DNA of 52,997 nucleotides from Synechococcus sp. (lineage in GTDB: Bacteria; Cyanobacteriota; Cyanobacteriia; Thermostichales; PCC-7336). The first letter of the stretch is position 1, and each line of letters starts with the position of its first letter. Positions 31,628-42,994 of this stretch are shown piece by piece. The position numbers and the translations under genes were made by a program. Under the pieces are notes generated by a model. That model saw nothing but the letters and a program-made list of their open reading frames with translations, ran no database searches and was not told the DNA's origin. Location of the stretch: NCBI GenBank assembly GCA_051439605.1, contig JBFRWN010000068.1:1-52997 (forward strand), read 5' to 3'.

Positions 31628-32515
31628 TCAGTTGGGGCTGGAAATGGGTTGCTCGGGGTCGGCAGGGCTGGTAATTAACCCAGTAGTGGGGGAACTGGCG
31701 CTGGCGTAAGATTTGACGGGGATGCGGCCAGCCAAATATGCGGTACGACCGGCCTGAGTAGCTTGTCCCATGGCCCGTCCCATTGCTGAAGGATTGCTCG
31801 CCTGCGCGATCGCCGTATTGATTAATAGTGCATCTGCCCCCATCTCCATCGCTTCAGCTGCCTCAGAAGGCACTCCAATCCCCGCATCCACCACTACGGG
31901 TACGCTGGCTTGCTCGATAATGATGCGAATCTGTTCGCGACATTTCACCCCTTGGCCAGAACCAATGGGGGAGGCAAGGGGCATAACGGTGACGCAGCCA
32001 ATCTCCTGTAGGCGCAGCGCTAATTGAGGGTCGGAATTGATATAGGGCAACACGGCGAAACCCTCTGACACAAGTTGTTTGGCGGCCTCGAAGGTCCCAA
32101 TGGGATCGGGCAATAAATATATGGGGTCCGGGATGACTTCTAGCTTGACGAAATTGTTGTCTGTTTGGCCGATGACATTTTGGGCCATCTCTCGACCTAA
32201 ACGGGCGACCCGCACAGCTTCTTCTGCGGTTTTGCAGCCAGCGGTGTTGGGCAATAGCCAATACTTGGACCAGTCTATGGCTTCCATTAGCCCCACGTGC
32301 CCCGCCGCTTTAATTTGTACTCTTCGGATAGCAACGGTGACGATCTCGGCGCCACTAGCGGCAATTGCCTGCTGCATGTCAGCCATATTGCGATATTTGC
32401 CGGTTCCCACCATCAAGCGGGATCGAAAGCTGCGTCCGGCGATTTGTAGGGCATCTTCAGTGGAGGCAACGATGGGGGGCGAGATTTCGGGATCGTTGAG
32501 GCTGGCAATAGTCAT
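31628..32515 (-). CDS. thiG: Thiazole synthase
   Basis: [39 protein letters not shown]. Confidence 0.96.
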   Translation of the reverse strand: MTIASLNDPEISPPIVASTEDALQIAGRSFRSRLMVGTGKYRNMADMQQAIAASGAEIVTVAIRRVQIKAAGHVGLMEAIDWSKYWLLPNTAGCKTAEEAVRVARLGREMAQNVIGQTDNNFVKLEVIPDPIYLLPDPIGTFEAAKQLVSEGFAVLPYINSDPQLALRLQEIGCVTVMPLASPIGSGQGVKCREQIRIIIEQASVPVVVDAGIGVPSEAAEAMEMGADALLINTAIAQASNPSAMGRAMGQATQAGRTAYLAGRIPVKSYASASSPTTGLITSPADPEQPISSPN

Positions 32516-32711
32516 TGGTGGCAGTGTCTTTTCGGCAAAAGTGCAATACCCATCCTAATCGAAGCGATCGCCTCTGCCGAGTATTGGTCCTTGTGTTTTA
32601 TGTTTGGTCCTTGCCTGGACAATCGTCCAACCCAGCCTTCTGGAGTTTGATGTTGTTGCTGACGTTGCCCCTCTGGACTTGACTATTTTGGGGGTAGTTC
32701 CGCCTAGGAAT

Positions 32712-33019
32712 ACCTGAGTTCGATATAAAGAAGGGGGCTAAATTGCAGCAGCAGGAGGCAACTGAGCCAGCAATGTTGGCTCAATATTGAGAGACGGTTT
32801 CTTGTCTTGGTGTGTGTGGGCAATCAGCCCAGAAATCAAATTCACCAGGAAATTGATGGAGCTGCGATGTCGGGAATGCTCAATCTGTGAAATGTTTTTG
32901 AGCTGGTCGTTGACTGTTTCAATCAAGGACCGTTTGCATAGCAAGATCTTGTCCATTATGGGTAACAGACGACTGTGCATTTTCTTCTTCAGAGGCGTTA
33001 CCAGCTGCAATCCTTGGCT
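32712..33019 (-). mobile_element. IS982-family remnant (3' part of transposase plus one end)
   Basis: LVTPLKKKM...[31 protein letters not shown]; end-like ACCTGAGTTCGATA at 32712. Confidence 0.85.
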
Positions 33020-33086
33020 GAAGGATGAGGTTTAAAAACAGCAAAATCTGAACCATGCCCTTTGCGATCTACTGAGTTTGAGACAG

Positions 33087-33869
33087 TTACGTTGCTGCCG
33101 TCCAAGTATTGTCAACAGTAATAGAAGCGCCGTTAATAAAGCGGGCATCATCACTGGCGAGAAAGGCTGCTACGCTTGCAATTTCCTCTGGTTCGCAAAA
33201 TCGCCCCTGTAATTTTTTCATATCGGCCTCAGTGAAATCTACGCCTAAAGCAGTGCATTCTTCCATTTCCCTCAAGCCATGAGGCGTTCTGATGAAGCCA
33301 GGTGCAATGGCATTACAACGAATGCCTCGATCGCGAAACTCAACAGCGATCGCTCGGGTTAGCTGCAGAACTGCTCCTTTAGTCGTGCAGTAAAGACTTT
33401 CCATAGGGGCAGCTGTCGTACTAGAAATAGAAGCAGTATTGATGATAGTGCCACCTCCGGCCTCCAACATGCTGGGCAAAATTGCCTGACTCATCAAAAA
33501 CATACTCTTGACATTAACTGCCATCAGCCAATCCCACTCAGCCTCAGTCGTTTTCAGAAAGGGCTTCACGATTAGAGTTCCAGCATGGTTAAACAGGATA
33601 TCTACTTTCGCAAAGCGCTGAAGAATGCGATCGACGGCTGTTTTCACGGCCTGTGCCTGCGAGACATCAGCCTCAACAAATATCGCTTGACCACCAGCCG
33701 CTTCGATCTCACTGGCCAGTTGCTCCCCGGCCTGAGACTGAATATCAACGATCCCAACGCTGGCTCCTTCAGCCGCAAAGCGTAATGTAGCAGCTCGCCC
33801 AGCACCACCGGCACCGCCGCTAACGACTGCAACCCTGTCTGAAAATCGTTGATTCATAATCCTGCTCAA
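33087..33869 (-). CDS. Classical short-chain dehydrogenase/reductase
   Basis: SGGAGGAG, DILFNHAG, S...YCTTK catalytic motif, IAPGFIRT. Confidence 0.92.
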   Translation of the reverse strand: MSRIMNQRFSDRVAVVSGGAGGAGRAATLRFAAEGASVGIVDIQSQAGEQLASEIEAAGGQAIFVEADVSQAQAVKTAVDRILQRFAKVDILFNHAGTLIVKPFLKTTEAEWDWLMAVNVKSMFLMSQAILPSMLEAGGGTIINTASISSTTAAPMESLYCTTKGAVLQLTRAIAVEFRDRGIRCNAIAPGFIRTPHGLREMEECTALGVDFTEADMKKLQGRFCEPEEIASVAAFLASDDARFINGASITVDNTWTAAT

Positions 33870-34510
33870 GCAATGCTCATCATGGTTCTAGGATGCCCAA
33901 CTGGATAGCTCTATCTCAAGTGACTTTAGCCGCTTCAAGATTGCGTAGCAGGAATGCTAGGTATTTAAAGACTTCCAGACAAATTCACATCGGGGGCAAA
34001 ACCCGCAACCAGTTGATGGGTATCGATGGCAACTCAAGTAAGAACACGGAGATCGCTATACAGCTAAATAGTCTTGAATAAGAAAGACTGCTGAAAGTCT
34101 TGCCAGACAAGGGCTTGAGGTTGTCATTTGTGTTTCGTGCCCCGCCCTCTTGTAACGGTAATTTAACTTCGATCGAGCCGAGGGAATACTTATGCCTGCT
34201 TGATATCCACAGCGTGACGGGTATCAGTTTGCAGAGGGGAAGAATGGCTGATCGGGGTAATTAATAAACATTTTTATACGTCTTCTTGGCATGTTGTGCT
34301 TGTTTTTAAGTGTTTATTGGTATTTCATGGTGGGCTCTGGGTATAAATAAGTACGTAATTTGTCTTGCTCCCTTGCGATGCTCCCTTGCGTTTCTTCTTG
34401 AGATGACTATGTAAAGCTCCAAGCCGATTTCTTGGCAGATCGCTCTTGAGAGGCTTTTGGCTTGAGTAATTTCCTTAAACAGCCAGTGACAGCCACAAAA
34501 CACAACAATC

Positions 34511-37500
34511 ATGAACAACTTGACACTAGAAGCCCTTATCGAACAGCAGGTTCGACTATCTCCCCAGGCCCCGGCTGTTTCTTTTCAAGGAGAGAGCTTA
34601 AGCTACCAAGAGCTTGATAGCAGAGCTAATCGATTGGCCAATTATCTACAAGACCAAGGCATCACAGCTAATTCCTTGGTCGGAATATGTCTCGATCGAT
34701 CCATCAACCTAATTATTAGTGTGCTGGCTATTCTCAAGGCGGGTGCCGCTTATTTACCGCTTGATCAAGCTTATCCTGCCGATCGCTTACGTTTAATGAT
34801 TGAGGATTCAGCAGTTCCTTTTATCATTACTCAGAAGCATTTGGATAGAGCTTTGCCGTCAACCGGGGCAAAGCGCATCTTTCTGGATTGTGAAGCGGCA
34901 AATATCGATCGTTTCCCTAATAGTCAACCTCCTAAACAGACAACGCCCGACAGTTTGGCCTACGTCATCTATACGTCTGGTTCAACAGGCAAACCTAAAG
35001 GGGTTGCCATGCATCATCGCCCCCTTGTTAATTTACTGAATTGGCAAAAGCAACAGTTTAAGAACCCCAAGGCGCGAACGCTTCAGTTTACGCCCATTAG
35101 CTTTGATGTCTCATTCCAAGAGATTTTTTCAACCCTGTTCAGCGGCGGCACCCTTATCCTTATTGGGGATACAGACCGGCGGAATAGTGAAACACTCCTG
35201 GTTCATCTTTGTGAGAACTCGGTTGAGCGCTTATTCCTGCCATTCATTGCGCTACAAAATCTAGCCGAAGCGGCAACAAAGGCTCAAAAGTTGCCGGCCA
35301 GGCTGCAAGAAATCGTCACGGCCGGAGAGCAGCTCAAAATTACCCGTTCAATAGTTTCTCTGTTTGACAGACTCAAAAACTGTTCGTTGGTAAATCAATA
35401 CGGCCCCTCAGAGAGCCATGTAGTGACTCAGCATGTTCTCACAGGGGCGCCAAGAGAATGGCCTCATTTGCCTCCTATCGGTCAACCGATTGATAACGCT
35501 CAGCTCTATCTTCTGAAAACTCCGTCAAGGCGAGAGGGCGACCCGATTGTTTTGGCGGAACCCGGTGAGCCCGGCGAGTTAGCCATTGGCGGCATCTGTT
35601 TAGCCAAGGGTTATATCAATCAACCTGAGTTGACCCGCAGACGATTTATCGAAAATCCATTTGTGGATGAGCCAGGAGCTATCCTCTATAGAACCGGAGA
35701 CTTGGTCAAACGCTCTACTGCAGGAGAGTTGGAATATATAGAGCGGCTTGACAATCAAGTTAAAGTTCGAGGGGTTAGGGTTGAACTTGGGGAAGTTGAA
35801 GCTCAAATCAGTCAACATTCCATGGTTAAGGTCAATGCCGTTGCGGCCAGAAAGCGAGCTGACAGCACCACTTATTTGACCGCCTATATCGTGCCCAATA
35901 GTTCCGAGCCTTTGCAAGATTCGACAGAGTTGGAGCTTCAACTCCGCACTTTTCTCAAAGAACGTCTTCCCGCATGCATGATGCCGACTTTCTTTGAATT
36001 TCTCCCGATCTTGCCGCTGACTCCCTCCGGCAAAGTTGATCGCCGCGCCCTCCCCGAACCAATCCAGAAAAGGCCTGCTCTCAGCCAGGATTATCTTCAA
36101 CCTCGCACGGATATTGAGAAAAAGCTGGCAGAGCTATGGTCAGAAATTCTGCAATTCAAAAAGATTGGCGTCAAAGATAACTTCTTTGAGTGCGGCGGTG
36201 ATTCTCTGGGAGCAATGCAGTTAGCTCATGCTATTAGAGAAACCTTTGAGATCAACCTATCAATTAACACTTTAATCAGCTTGCCAACAATTCAAGAATT
36301 AGCCAGGGAAATTGAAAGTCTGACCAACCATAGTGAAATTAGCTGCCCATTCAATAGCTTTACAAGTCAACTAGAATATGATGCAATTCCTAGACTTGAC
36401 CATAATCTGAGCATTCAACCCTTTAGCTTCACCAGTAGTCCTTCCAACATTCTTATCACAGGCTCTACAGGATTTCTGGGAGCTTATCTACTGAATCAAG
36501 TTTTGCAACAAACTCAAGCGAAAGCTCATTGCCTAGTCAGAGCTAAAAACCATGTGGAAGGAAGCAGCAGAATTCAATGCAATCTAGAGGCTTATGGGCT
36601 ATGGAAACCCGAATATGGGGGTAGGGTACAACCAGTATTGGGTGATTTAGCCTTATCTAACTTAGGTATGGACACGGATGTGTTTGAGCAGCTCAGCAAT
36701 AAAATAGAAGCGATTTACCACAGCGGCGCTGCTGTCAATGTTGTGTATCCTTATTCTTCCCTATATGCCACTAACGTTGGAGGCACAGAAAATCTGCTCA
36801 GGTTAGCCAGCAAGAGTCGCTTAATTCCTTTTCATTTCATATCGACGCTTGATGTTTTCCAAACTAAGGGTACCTTTAACAGTGGCTTAACTTCTGAGTC
36901 TAGCACTCTCAATCCAACTGAAGCCTTTGAGTTTGATGGATATGCCACGACGAAATGGGTGGCTGAGAAAATGGTTTGGCATGCCCAAAGTCTTGGGCTT
37001 CCAGTTTCTGTCTATAGGCCAACTATGATCTCTGGAGATAGTCAAACTGGAGTCTGTAACACCACGGATCTAGTAAGCTACTTGGTCAAAGGTTTTATCC
37101 AGCTCGGTGCAGCACCTAAAATGAACACTGTTCTGAACCTTGTCCCTGTTGACTATGTCAGTAAAAGCATAATCCATTTATCACTTCAACAGGAATCTTT
37201 GAACAAGGCGTTCAATCTTGTCAATTCAATCCCAATCAGCATGAATTCATTTATTGAATCCATTAGCCAATATGGCTACCCTCTTGATGTTCTAGAGCCT
37301 GATGACTGGAGTCACCTTCTAAATAAATTAAACCACCAGGCAGATGGATTAATGGCAACTCTGACACTATCAGAACAGAAAAACGTAGAAAACTATATGG
37401 TCAGAACTTCAATTAATGCCAGTCAGGCACCTAATGAGAACGTTCTGCAAGGGCTTAAAGACACAGCTATCACATGCCCAGAAATCAATTTTGAGCTTCT

Positions 37501-37573
37501 TAAAAGCTATTATAGATATCTCGAAAGAGCCAACCTATTTGGGTTTTCAAGTAAGCTTAGCAACGCAACTTAA
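34511..37573 (+). CDS. Stand-alone NRPS-like adenylation-thiolation-reductase (A-T-R) enzyme
   Basis: A: YTSGSTGKPKG, FDVS, YGPSE, YRTGD, KVRGVRVELGEVE, PSGKVDR. T: FFECGGDSL. R: TGSTGFLG, GYATTKWVAE, YRP. No C domain. Confidence 0.93.
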   Translation: MNNLTLEALIEQQVRLSPQAPAVSFQGESLSYQELDSRANRLANYLQDQGITANSLVGICLDRSINLIISVLAILKAGAAYLPLDQAYPADRLRLMIEDSAVPFIITQKHLDRALPSTGAKRIFLDCEAANIDRFPNSQPPKQTTPDSLAYVIYTSGSTGKPKGVAMHHRPLVNLLNWQKQQFKNPKARTLQFTPISFDVSFQEIFSTLFSGGTLILIGDTDRRNSETLLVHLCENSVERLFLPFIALQNLAEAATKAQKLPARLQEIVTAGEQLKITRSIVSLFDRLKNCSLVNQYGPSESHVVTQHVLTGAPREWPHLPPIGQPIDNAQLYLLKTPSRREGDPIVLAEPGEPGELAIGGICLAKGYINQPELTRRRFIENPFVDEPGAILYRTGDLVKRSTAGELEYIERLDNQVKVRGVRVELGEVEAQISQHSMVKVNAVAARKRADSTTYLTAYIVPNSSEPLQDSTELELQLRTFLKERLPACMMPTFFEFLPILPLTPSGKVDRRALPEPIQKRPALSQDYLQPRTDIEKKLAELWSEILQFKKIGVKDNFFECGGDSLGAMQLAHAIRETFEINLSINTLISLPTIQELAREIESLTNHSEISCPFNSFTSQLEYDAIPRLDHNLSIQPFSFTSSPSNILITGSTGFLGAYLLNQVLQQTQAKAHCLVRAKNHVEGSSRIQCNLEAYGLWKPEYGGRVQPVLGDLALSNLGMDTDVFEQLSNKIEAIYHSGAAVNVVYPYSSLYATNVGGTENLLRLASKSRLIPFHFISTLDVFQTKGTFNSGLTSESSTLNPTEAFEFDGYATTKWVAEKMVWHAQSLGLPVSVYRPTMISGDSQTGVCNTTDLVSYLVKGFIQLGAAPKMNTVLNLVPVDYVSKSIIHLSLQQESLNKAFNLVNSIPISMNSFIESISQYGYPLDVLEPDDWSHLLNKLNHQADGLMATLTLSEQKNVENYMVRTSINASQAPNENVLQGLKDTAITCPEINFELLKSYYRYLERANLFGFSSKLSNAT

Positions 37574-37613
37574 ACCCGAACTCTCTCAGTAAGCCCTCAA
37601 AAGAAAGACTACA

Positions 37614-40505
37614 ATGCTCAAGCAACTTAAATTACCTAACCTCAAAGGTTTCAGATCACAAGCACAAGCAAAAACAAAACCATTCCACGAACTAATTCCC
37701 AAAAGGTCAATTGGTTCAGGTTTGTTTTTGGCGGTCATGGGAGGCGCTGTATTCAGCATTGGTGCAAATTCTATAATGTTTTATAGAGTGTTAAAGCAAC
37801 AAGCTGAACATCACATCAGAGATGTACTGAGCACAGAAGTTAATGCGATCGAAAGTAAATTAACTCCCATAACACAATCTTTGAACAATTTAGATAGTGT
37901 AATAACATTAATGTATGAACAAGGAGTTGATGATCTAGAATCCTATAAAACGATCCTCCTAAGGTTTTTCTTAAGTAGACCAGAACTAGTTGTAGGAGCT
38001 TCTTTGCAACAAGTCCCCTATGGTCTTGTTAAAAATCAGCAGTGGTTTTCCGGTTTCTACTATGAAAACTATAACAATCCAGGCCAGATAGGGAGTCCCA
38101 TGGCACCTCCCTATAGCGATATTATGTACTCTGACCTAGCCATCGACGATGACGCTCCTAACCAAGAATACTACACCATCAATATTAATACTGGTGAAGA
38201 TAACTGGCTAGAACCCTATGAATGGTCTGGCATTACTATGACCACTTTGAATCATATTTTATATAGCAACAGTGGGAAAATGCTTGGCTTTGTTTCGATG
38301 GATGTCAATTCCACTGAACTTAGTAAGGAATTATCAGGGTCAGTTGTCTCAGACCAGGGTTACTTTATTGTCCTGAGTACGTTAGGGAATATCATTTCCT
38401 ATCCGCCAGATACTACGAAGATCCAGATGAGATATGATTCTGTTCCAGGCTTAGCTGAGGTTTGGGATAAAATTCAAAATGACAACTCAGGTCTCATAAA
38501 GCAGGATGGTCAATATTGGGCCTATCAACGTGTAGATACTAACGACTGGATTATCCTAGCAACGATTCCAGAATCAGTTGTGATGAGGCCAGTTTTAATG
38601 ATTACGGTTGGCGGTGCAATAGGCGCTGGGACATTGATTGCTATTGTCATAGCATTGTTTGTGAAAAAGCTGAATTTTAGACTTAAGCCCATTTTGGAGG
38701 AATGCCAAAAGCTTGAGATGGAAAATCTAGAGCGTGATCAAAGCATCTACCAAGAGCAAAATAGTGCCTCCACAATTCCAGAGTCAATCAGCCACGAGGA
38801 TATGGACGAATTAGATGTTTTGTCCTATACATTTTACCGAATGTCTGCCAAGTTAAAAACTTCTTTTGACAACTTGGAGTTGAAAGTTAAAGAAAGAACG
38901 CTGGAACTGGAAGAGGCCAAAGAAGCTGCCGATACAGCTAGTAAAGCTAAAAGCGACTTCTTAGCAAATATGAGTCATGAATTGCGCACACCGATGAATG
39001 CCATCATTGGCTACAGCGAGATGTTGCAAGAAGAAGCTGAAGACTTAGATGATGATATCTTCAGTGAAGATCTGACAAAGATTCATGGTGCCGGAAAGCA
39101 TCTCCTCAGCCTAATTAACGATATTTTGGATCTCTCAAAAATTGAAGCTGGCCGTATGGAGCTATTTTTAGAGGAATTTGAGATTGGTCAACTACTTAAG
39201 GAAATTGACGCAACTGTTTCACCTTTGATGAGTCAAAAGTCTAATCAGCTGACCATTAAGTGTTTCGACAATGTCGGCAGTATGAAAGCTGATCTCACAA
39301 AAGTTCGCCAGTCCCTGCTGAATTTGCTCAGTAATGCTTCTAAGTTCACAGAGCAAGGAACAGTGAACTTGACCGTCAACCGCTACAACCAAGATGGTCA
39401 ATCCTGGTTGAGTTTTGAGGTCGGCGATAGCGGTATTGGCATGACACCAGAACAGATGAACAAGCTATTTCAGGCGTTCAGTCAGGCTGATGCCTCAACA
39501 ACTCGAAAGTATGGAGGCACTGGTTTAGGGCTGGCTATCACGAAGAAGTTTTGCGAAATGATGGGAGGGAATATTACCGTAGAGAGCCAAATCAATCAGG
39601 GAAGTACGTTCACAATACATTTGCCAGCTGAAGTAAAAATTCAGACCACTCCATCTAATGTAGAAACGATCAGCAAAGGGAATTCTAAAGCTCTTATATC
39701 GCGTAAGCCCGTAATTTTAGTGATTGATGATGATCCCTTGGTGCATGACATTCTTGAAAGGTCTCTGAGTAGTCACGGATTCGATATCGTCACTGCAACA
39801 AATGGTGAAGATGGGTGCCGTATTGCTCAAGATCTGAAACCCGATGCTATTACGCTAGATGTGATGATGCCAGGTATGGATGGCTGGGAAGTTTTGAGTC
39901 AGTTAAAGGCTAACCCCGCGATCGCCCATATTCCTGTCATCATGCTGTCAATGGTAGACAATAAGAGCCTCGGATATGCCTTGGGAGCCGATGAATACCT
40001 TCTTAAACCCATTGACCGCCAGCAGCTCGTCAAGGTAATTGAGAAGTATAAAGTCAAGAAATCGCCATCTGTTTTACTAGTTGTGGAAGATGATTCAACA
40101 ACTCGAGAAATGCTCAAACGACAGCTGGAAATAGATGATGTCAAAACTCTTGAAGCTTCTGATGGTGCCCAAGCTCTGACATTGATGAAATCAACGAAGC
40201 CAGGGGCGATTATTCTCGATCTAATGATGAAAGATATGGATGGCTTTGAGTTTATTCATGAGCTGCAAAAGCATCCTGACTGGCAGTCAGTTCCAGTTAT
40301 TGTCATGACGGCTAAAGAATTGACTGGGGGAGAGCGAGAGTTCCTTAACAGCCGAGTTCAGAAAATCTTTCAGAAGGGTGCCTACGAGCGCTCGACGCTG
40401 TTGAGTGAAGTGACTAATCTCCTTTCAAAAGCACTGAGCATGATAGATGACTGTCATCAGGAAGGAGTCATACAAAAGTCAGCAGATATTCCCGTGCTGA
40501 AATAG
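37614..40505 (+). CDS. Membrane hybrid histidine kinase (TM-dCache-like-TM-HisKA-HATPase-REC-REC)
   Basis: Two TM segments flanking a ~275-aa periplasmic region with WLEPY...[41 protein letters not shown]; two receivers (LDVMMP, LDLMMK). Confidence 0.93.
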   Translation: MLKQLKLPNLKGFRSQAQAKTKPFHELIPKRSIGSGLFLAVMGGAVFSIGANSIMFYRVLKQQAEHHIRDVLSTEVNAIESKLTPITQSLNNLDSVITLMYEQGVDDLESYKTILLRFFLSRPELVVGASLQQVPYGLVKNQQWFSGFYYENYNNPGQIGSPMAPPYSDIMYSDLAIDDDAPNQEYYTININTGEDNWLEPYEWSGITMTTLNHILYSNSGKMLGFVSMDVNSTELSKELSGSVVSDQGYFIVLSTLGNIISYPPDTTKIQMRYDSVPGLAEVWDKIQNDNSGLIKQDGQYWAYQRVDTNDWIILATIPESVVMRPVLMITVGGAIGAGTLIAIVIALFVKKLNFRLKPILEECQKLEMENLERDQSIYQEQNSASTIPESISHEDMDELDVLSYTFYRMSAKLKTSFDNLELKVKERTLELEEAKEAADTASKAKSDFLANMSHELRTPMNAIIGYSEMLQEEAEDLDDDIFSEDLTKIHGAGKHLLSLINDILDLSKIEAGRMELFLEEFEIGQLLKEIDATVSPLMSQKSNQLTIKCFDNVGSMKADLTKVRQSLLNLLSNASKFTEQGTVNLTVNRYNQDGQSWLSFEVGDSGIGMTPEQMNKLFQAFSQADASTTRKYGGTGLGLAITKKFCEMMGGNITVESQINQGSTFTIHLPAEVKIQTTPSNVETISKGNSKALISRKPVILVIDDDPLVHDILERSLSSHGFDIVTATNGEDGCRIAQDLKPDAITLDVMMPGMDGWEVLSQLKANPAIAHIPVIMLSMVDNKSLGYALGADEYLLKPIDRQQLVKVIEKYKVKKSPSVLLVVEDDSTTREMLKRQLEIDDVKTLEASDGAQALTLMKSTKPGAIILDLMMKDMDGFEFIHELQKHPDWQSVPVIVMTAKELTGGEREFLNSRVQKIFQKGAYERSTLLSEVTNLLSKALSMIDDCHQEGVIQKSADIPVLK

Positions 40506-40586
40506 ATATCTGGGCTCTCGAACTTTTTGAGAAAAAACTGATGAGCTGCAGCCGATCGACGAAATTAATCATTGAGGATGAAAAAC

Positions 40587-40964
40587 ATGACCAAGATACT
40601 CTTAGTTGAAGACAACGAAATGAATCGAGATATGCTGTCGCGGCGGTTGGCACGTAAGGGATATGACGTTCTCATCGCGACTGACGGTGCTGAAGGATTA
40701 GAGAAGTCAAAATCGGATTCCCCTGACTTAATTCTGATGGATATGAGTTTGCCTGTCATTGATGGGTGGGAAGCAACTCGTCAACTGAAGTCAGATACTC
40801 ATACCAAAATGATTCCGGTGATTGCGTTAACAGCTCATGCCATGTCGGGAGATCGCGAAGAAGCATTAGCGGCTGGGTGTGATGAATACGACACTAAACC
40901 TATTGAATTTTTACGCTTACTTGGAAAAATAAAAACCTTGCTAGAGAAAGTGCAAGCTGTTTGA
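40587..40964 (+). CDS. Single-domain response regulator (DivK-like)
   Basis: ILLVEDN, LMDMSLP, ALTAHAM, TKP. Confidence 0.92.
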   Translation: MTKILLVEDNEMNRDMLSRRLARKGYDVLIATDGAEGLEKSKSDSPDLILMDMSLPVIDGWEATRQLKSDTHTKMIPVIALTAHAMSGDREEALAAGCDEYDTKPIEFLRLLGKIKTLLEKVQAV

Positions 40965-41181
40965 GAAAAGAAGACTTATTACCGACTCATATTAGTTTTT
41001 TGAAAGAGTGACTAGTTCATGTTAGCAAAATGTTCTAAATCCCTTGAGGGAATTCTTGGAAAGTTACTGATTTGTGTTTGGCTATCTGAACCAACCAGAA
41101 ATAGTTACAGTGAGACAGGCCTCCAATCTCTTTTTGAATGGGCGTGTTTAACCTTATCTAACGAGCTCAGAGGGATAAATC

Positions 41182-42981
41182 ATGCTTGATAAGCTGGAAA
41201 TTACCACTTCCTTACTGGCATATTGGCGCCATGAATTATACGGACCCCTCAATATTATTCAAGGATATTGCGATCTCATTCTTGAAGAGCTAGAAGAAGA
41301 TACTAAGTTCTCTGAGACTCATAAATTTTGCGCAATTCCAACAGAAATTTTGAGGACTGGTAAAGATATTCAGGCAATCATTGCTGACACATTCAGTTCC
41401 AAGATTCTTGAAGAAGGAAGCCGCCTCCGTAACATCATTGAACTCAGATCATCACTAGAACAGCAGACTGTGCCAAAGATCGATTCCATCGAGCAGAATG
41501 CCCGAGAAATATTGGCAAGTGATGGTGTGCCTTTCTCTACTACAGAAGACATTGAAAAAATCCTAAGAGCAGCTTCTAAATTAAGAAGTTTACTGCTTGG
41601 TGAAAATATGGGGTGGCTGAAAACCTATGCGTCCCCTGTTGGAGATCGCCAACTTCAAGATCAGATCGAGAAAGAACTAGAAGAAAGTTATTCTGGCAAT
41701 AGAGCAAGTCTGTTTGATGTAGAAAAGTCTCTCAATGAGATCAGATCTCACTCACACGGTAAATATGTAAGAGCTGAAGATTTTAAGATCCTAATTGTTG
41801 ATAATAATCGCAGTAACCAAGAGTTGCTCTACCGGCAACTCGATCGAGAAAGATATTCAGTCAGCTTAGCGGAGTCTGGTGAAGATGCTCTCCAAGCAGT
41901 TGCCAAGGAAAATTTCGACCTTATTCTGCTAGATATTGTCATGCCTGGACTAAATGGTTATCAAGTATTGGATCGACTTAAGAAGGGCCAATGGCAGCAT
42001 ATCCCGGTGATCATGATATCGTCGCTGGCTGAAATTGAGAGCATTACAAAATGTATTGAAATGGGGGCAGAAGATTATTTACCAAAACCATTTAGTTTCA
42101 CGCTACTGCGCGCAAAAATAGATGCATGTCTAGAAAATAAAAAGCTTCGAGACCAAGAAAAGATTTACGTTTCTAGACTTGCTCTAGCAAACCAGGAAAT
42201 CGCAGAGCTGAACGAGCAGTTAGCAGCCGAGAATAACCGCCTCTCAACTGAGCTAGAGATCGCTCGTCAACTTCAAGAATTCATCCTACCTCAAGCTTCG
42301 GATTTAAGAAATATTGAGGGTATTGACATTGCAGGATTCATGGAACCTGCCGAGGAGGTCGGTGGTGATTACTATGATGTTCACGCATGTAATGGCAGCG
42401 TCCATATTAGCATCGGGGATGTAACTGGACACGGTTTAGAGAGTGGGCTCTTAATGATCATGGTTCAAACTGCCATGCGGACCTTAATCGAAAGTCAGCA
42501 AACAGACCAGAAAAAGCTTTTGAATACGCTTAACCATGTCATCGTTGATAATGCCAAAAAGCTTAAGTCCGATCGGAACCTTACGCTGTCATCACTAGAC
42601 TACTTTAATGGCCACCTGAGCATTGCTGGCCAACATGAAGATATCATCATCGTTCGCTCTGATGGACATATTGAATTCATTGATACAACCTATTTAGGTT
42701 TCCCCATTGGCTTAGAGAAAAATATTGCAGACTTTATTGATCAGAGACATCTTGATTTATCCCCAGGAGATGTTGTGGCACTTTACACTGACGGGGTTAT
42801 TGAGGCAGAAAATGATGAAGGAGAACCGTACGGAATCCAACGCCTATGCGAGGTCATTTGTGATCATCGTATTCAAGATTCACAGTTGATTATAGAGAAA
42901 GTCATTGAGGACTTAAAAAGTCACATTGGTGCCAGCCAAGTTTTAGATGACATTACATTACTTATCCTAAAGCAGCAGTAG
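41182..42981 (+). CDS. HisKA-like-REC-PP2C (SpoIIE/RsbU-type) serine phosphatase
   Basis: RHELYGPLNIIQGY (H-box, no ATPase domain); LLDIVMP receiver; VGGDYYD, IGDVTGHG, YTDGVIEA, DDITL. Confidence 0.9.
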   Translation: MLDKLEITTSLLAYWRHELYGPLNIIQGYCDLILEELEEDTKFSETHKFCAIPTEILRTGKDIQAIIADTFSSKILEEGSRLRNIIELRSSLEQQTVPKIDSIEQNAREILASDGVPFSTTEDIEKILRAASKLRSLLLGENMGWLKTYASPVGDRQLQDQIEKELEESYSGNRASLFDVEKSLNEIRSHSHGKYVRAEDFKILIVDNNRSNQELLYRQLDRERYSVSLAESGEDALQAVAKENFDLILLDIVMPGLNGYQVLDRLKKGQWQHIPVIMISSLAEIESITKCIEMGAEDYLPKPFSFTLLRAKIDACLENKKLRDQEKIYVSRLALANQEIAELNEQLAAENNRLSTELEIARQLQEFILPQASDLRNIEGIDIAGFMEPAEEVGGDYYDVHACNGSVHISIGDVTGHGLESGLLMIMVQTAMRTLIESQQTDQKKLLNTLNHVIVDNAKKLKSDRNLTLSSLDYFNGHLSIAGQHEDIIIVRSDGHIEFIDTTYLGFPIGLEKNIADFIDQRHLDLSPGDVVALYTDGVIEAENDEGEPYGIQRLCEVICDHRIQDSQLIIEKVIEDLKSHIGASQVLDDITLLILKQQ

Positions 42982-42994
42982 AAAGCCACTAATT

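Noticed and set aside
33990..34045. GGGCAAAACCC... as a c-di-GMP-I riboswitch upstream of the NRPS-like gene
   Set aside because: Lacks the GNRA-loop stem followed by GGGACGCAAAGC that I would expect; an Infernal/Rfam scan would settle it.
34091..34119. Imperfect palindrome CTGAAAGTCTTG-CCAGA-CAAGGGCTTGAG as a dedicated operator
   Set aside because: Resembles a dispersed cyanobacterial intergenic palindrome, with a similar degenerate copy near 9930-9955; nothing ties it to this cluster.
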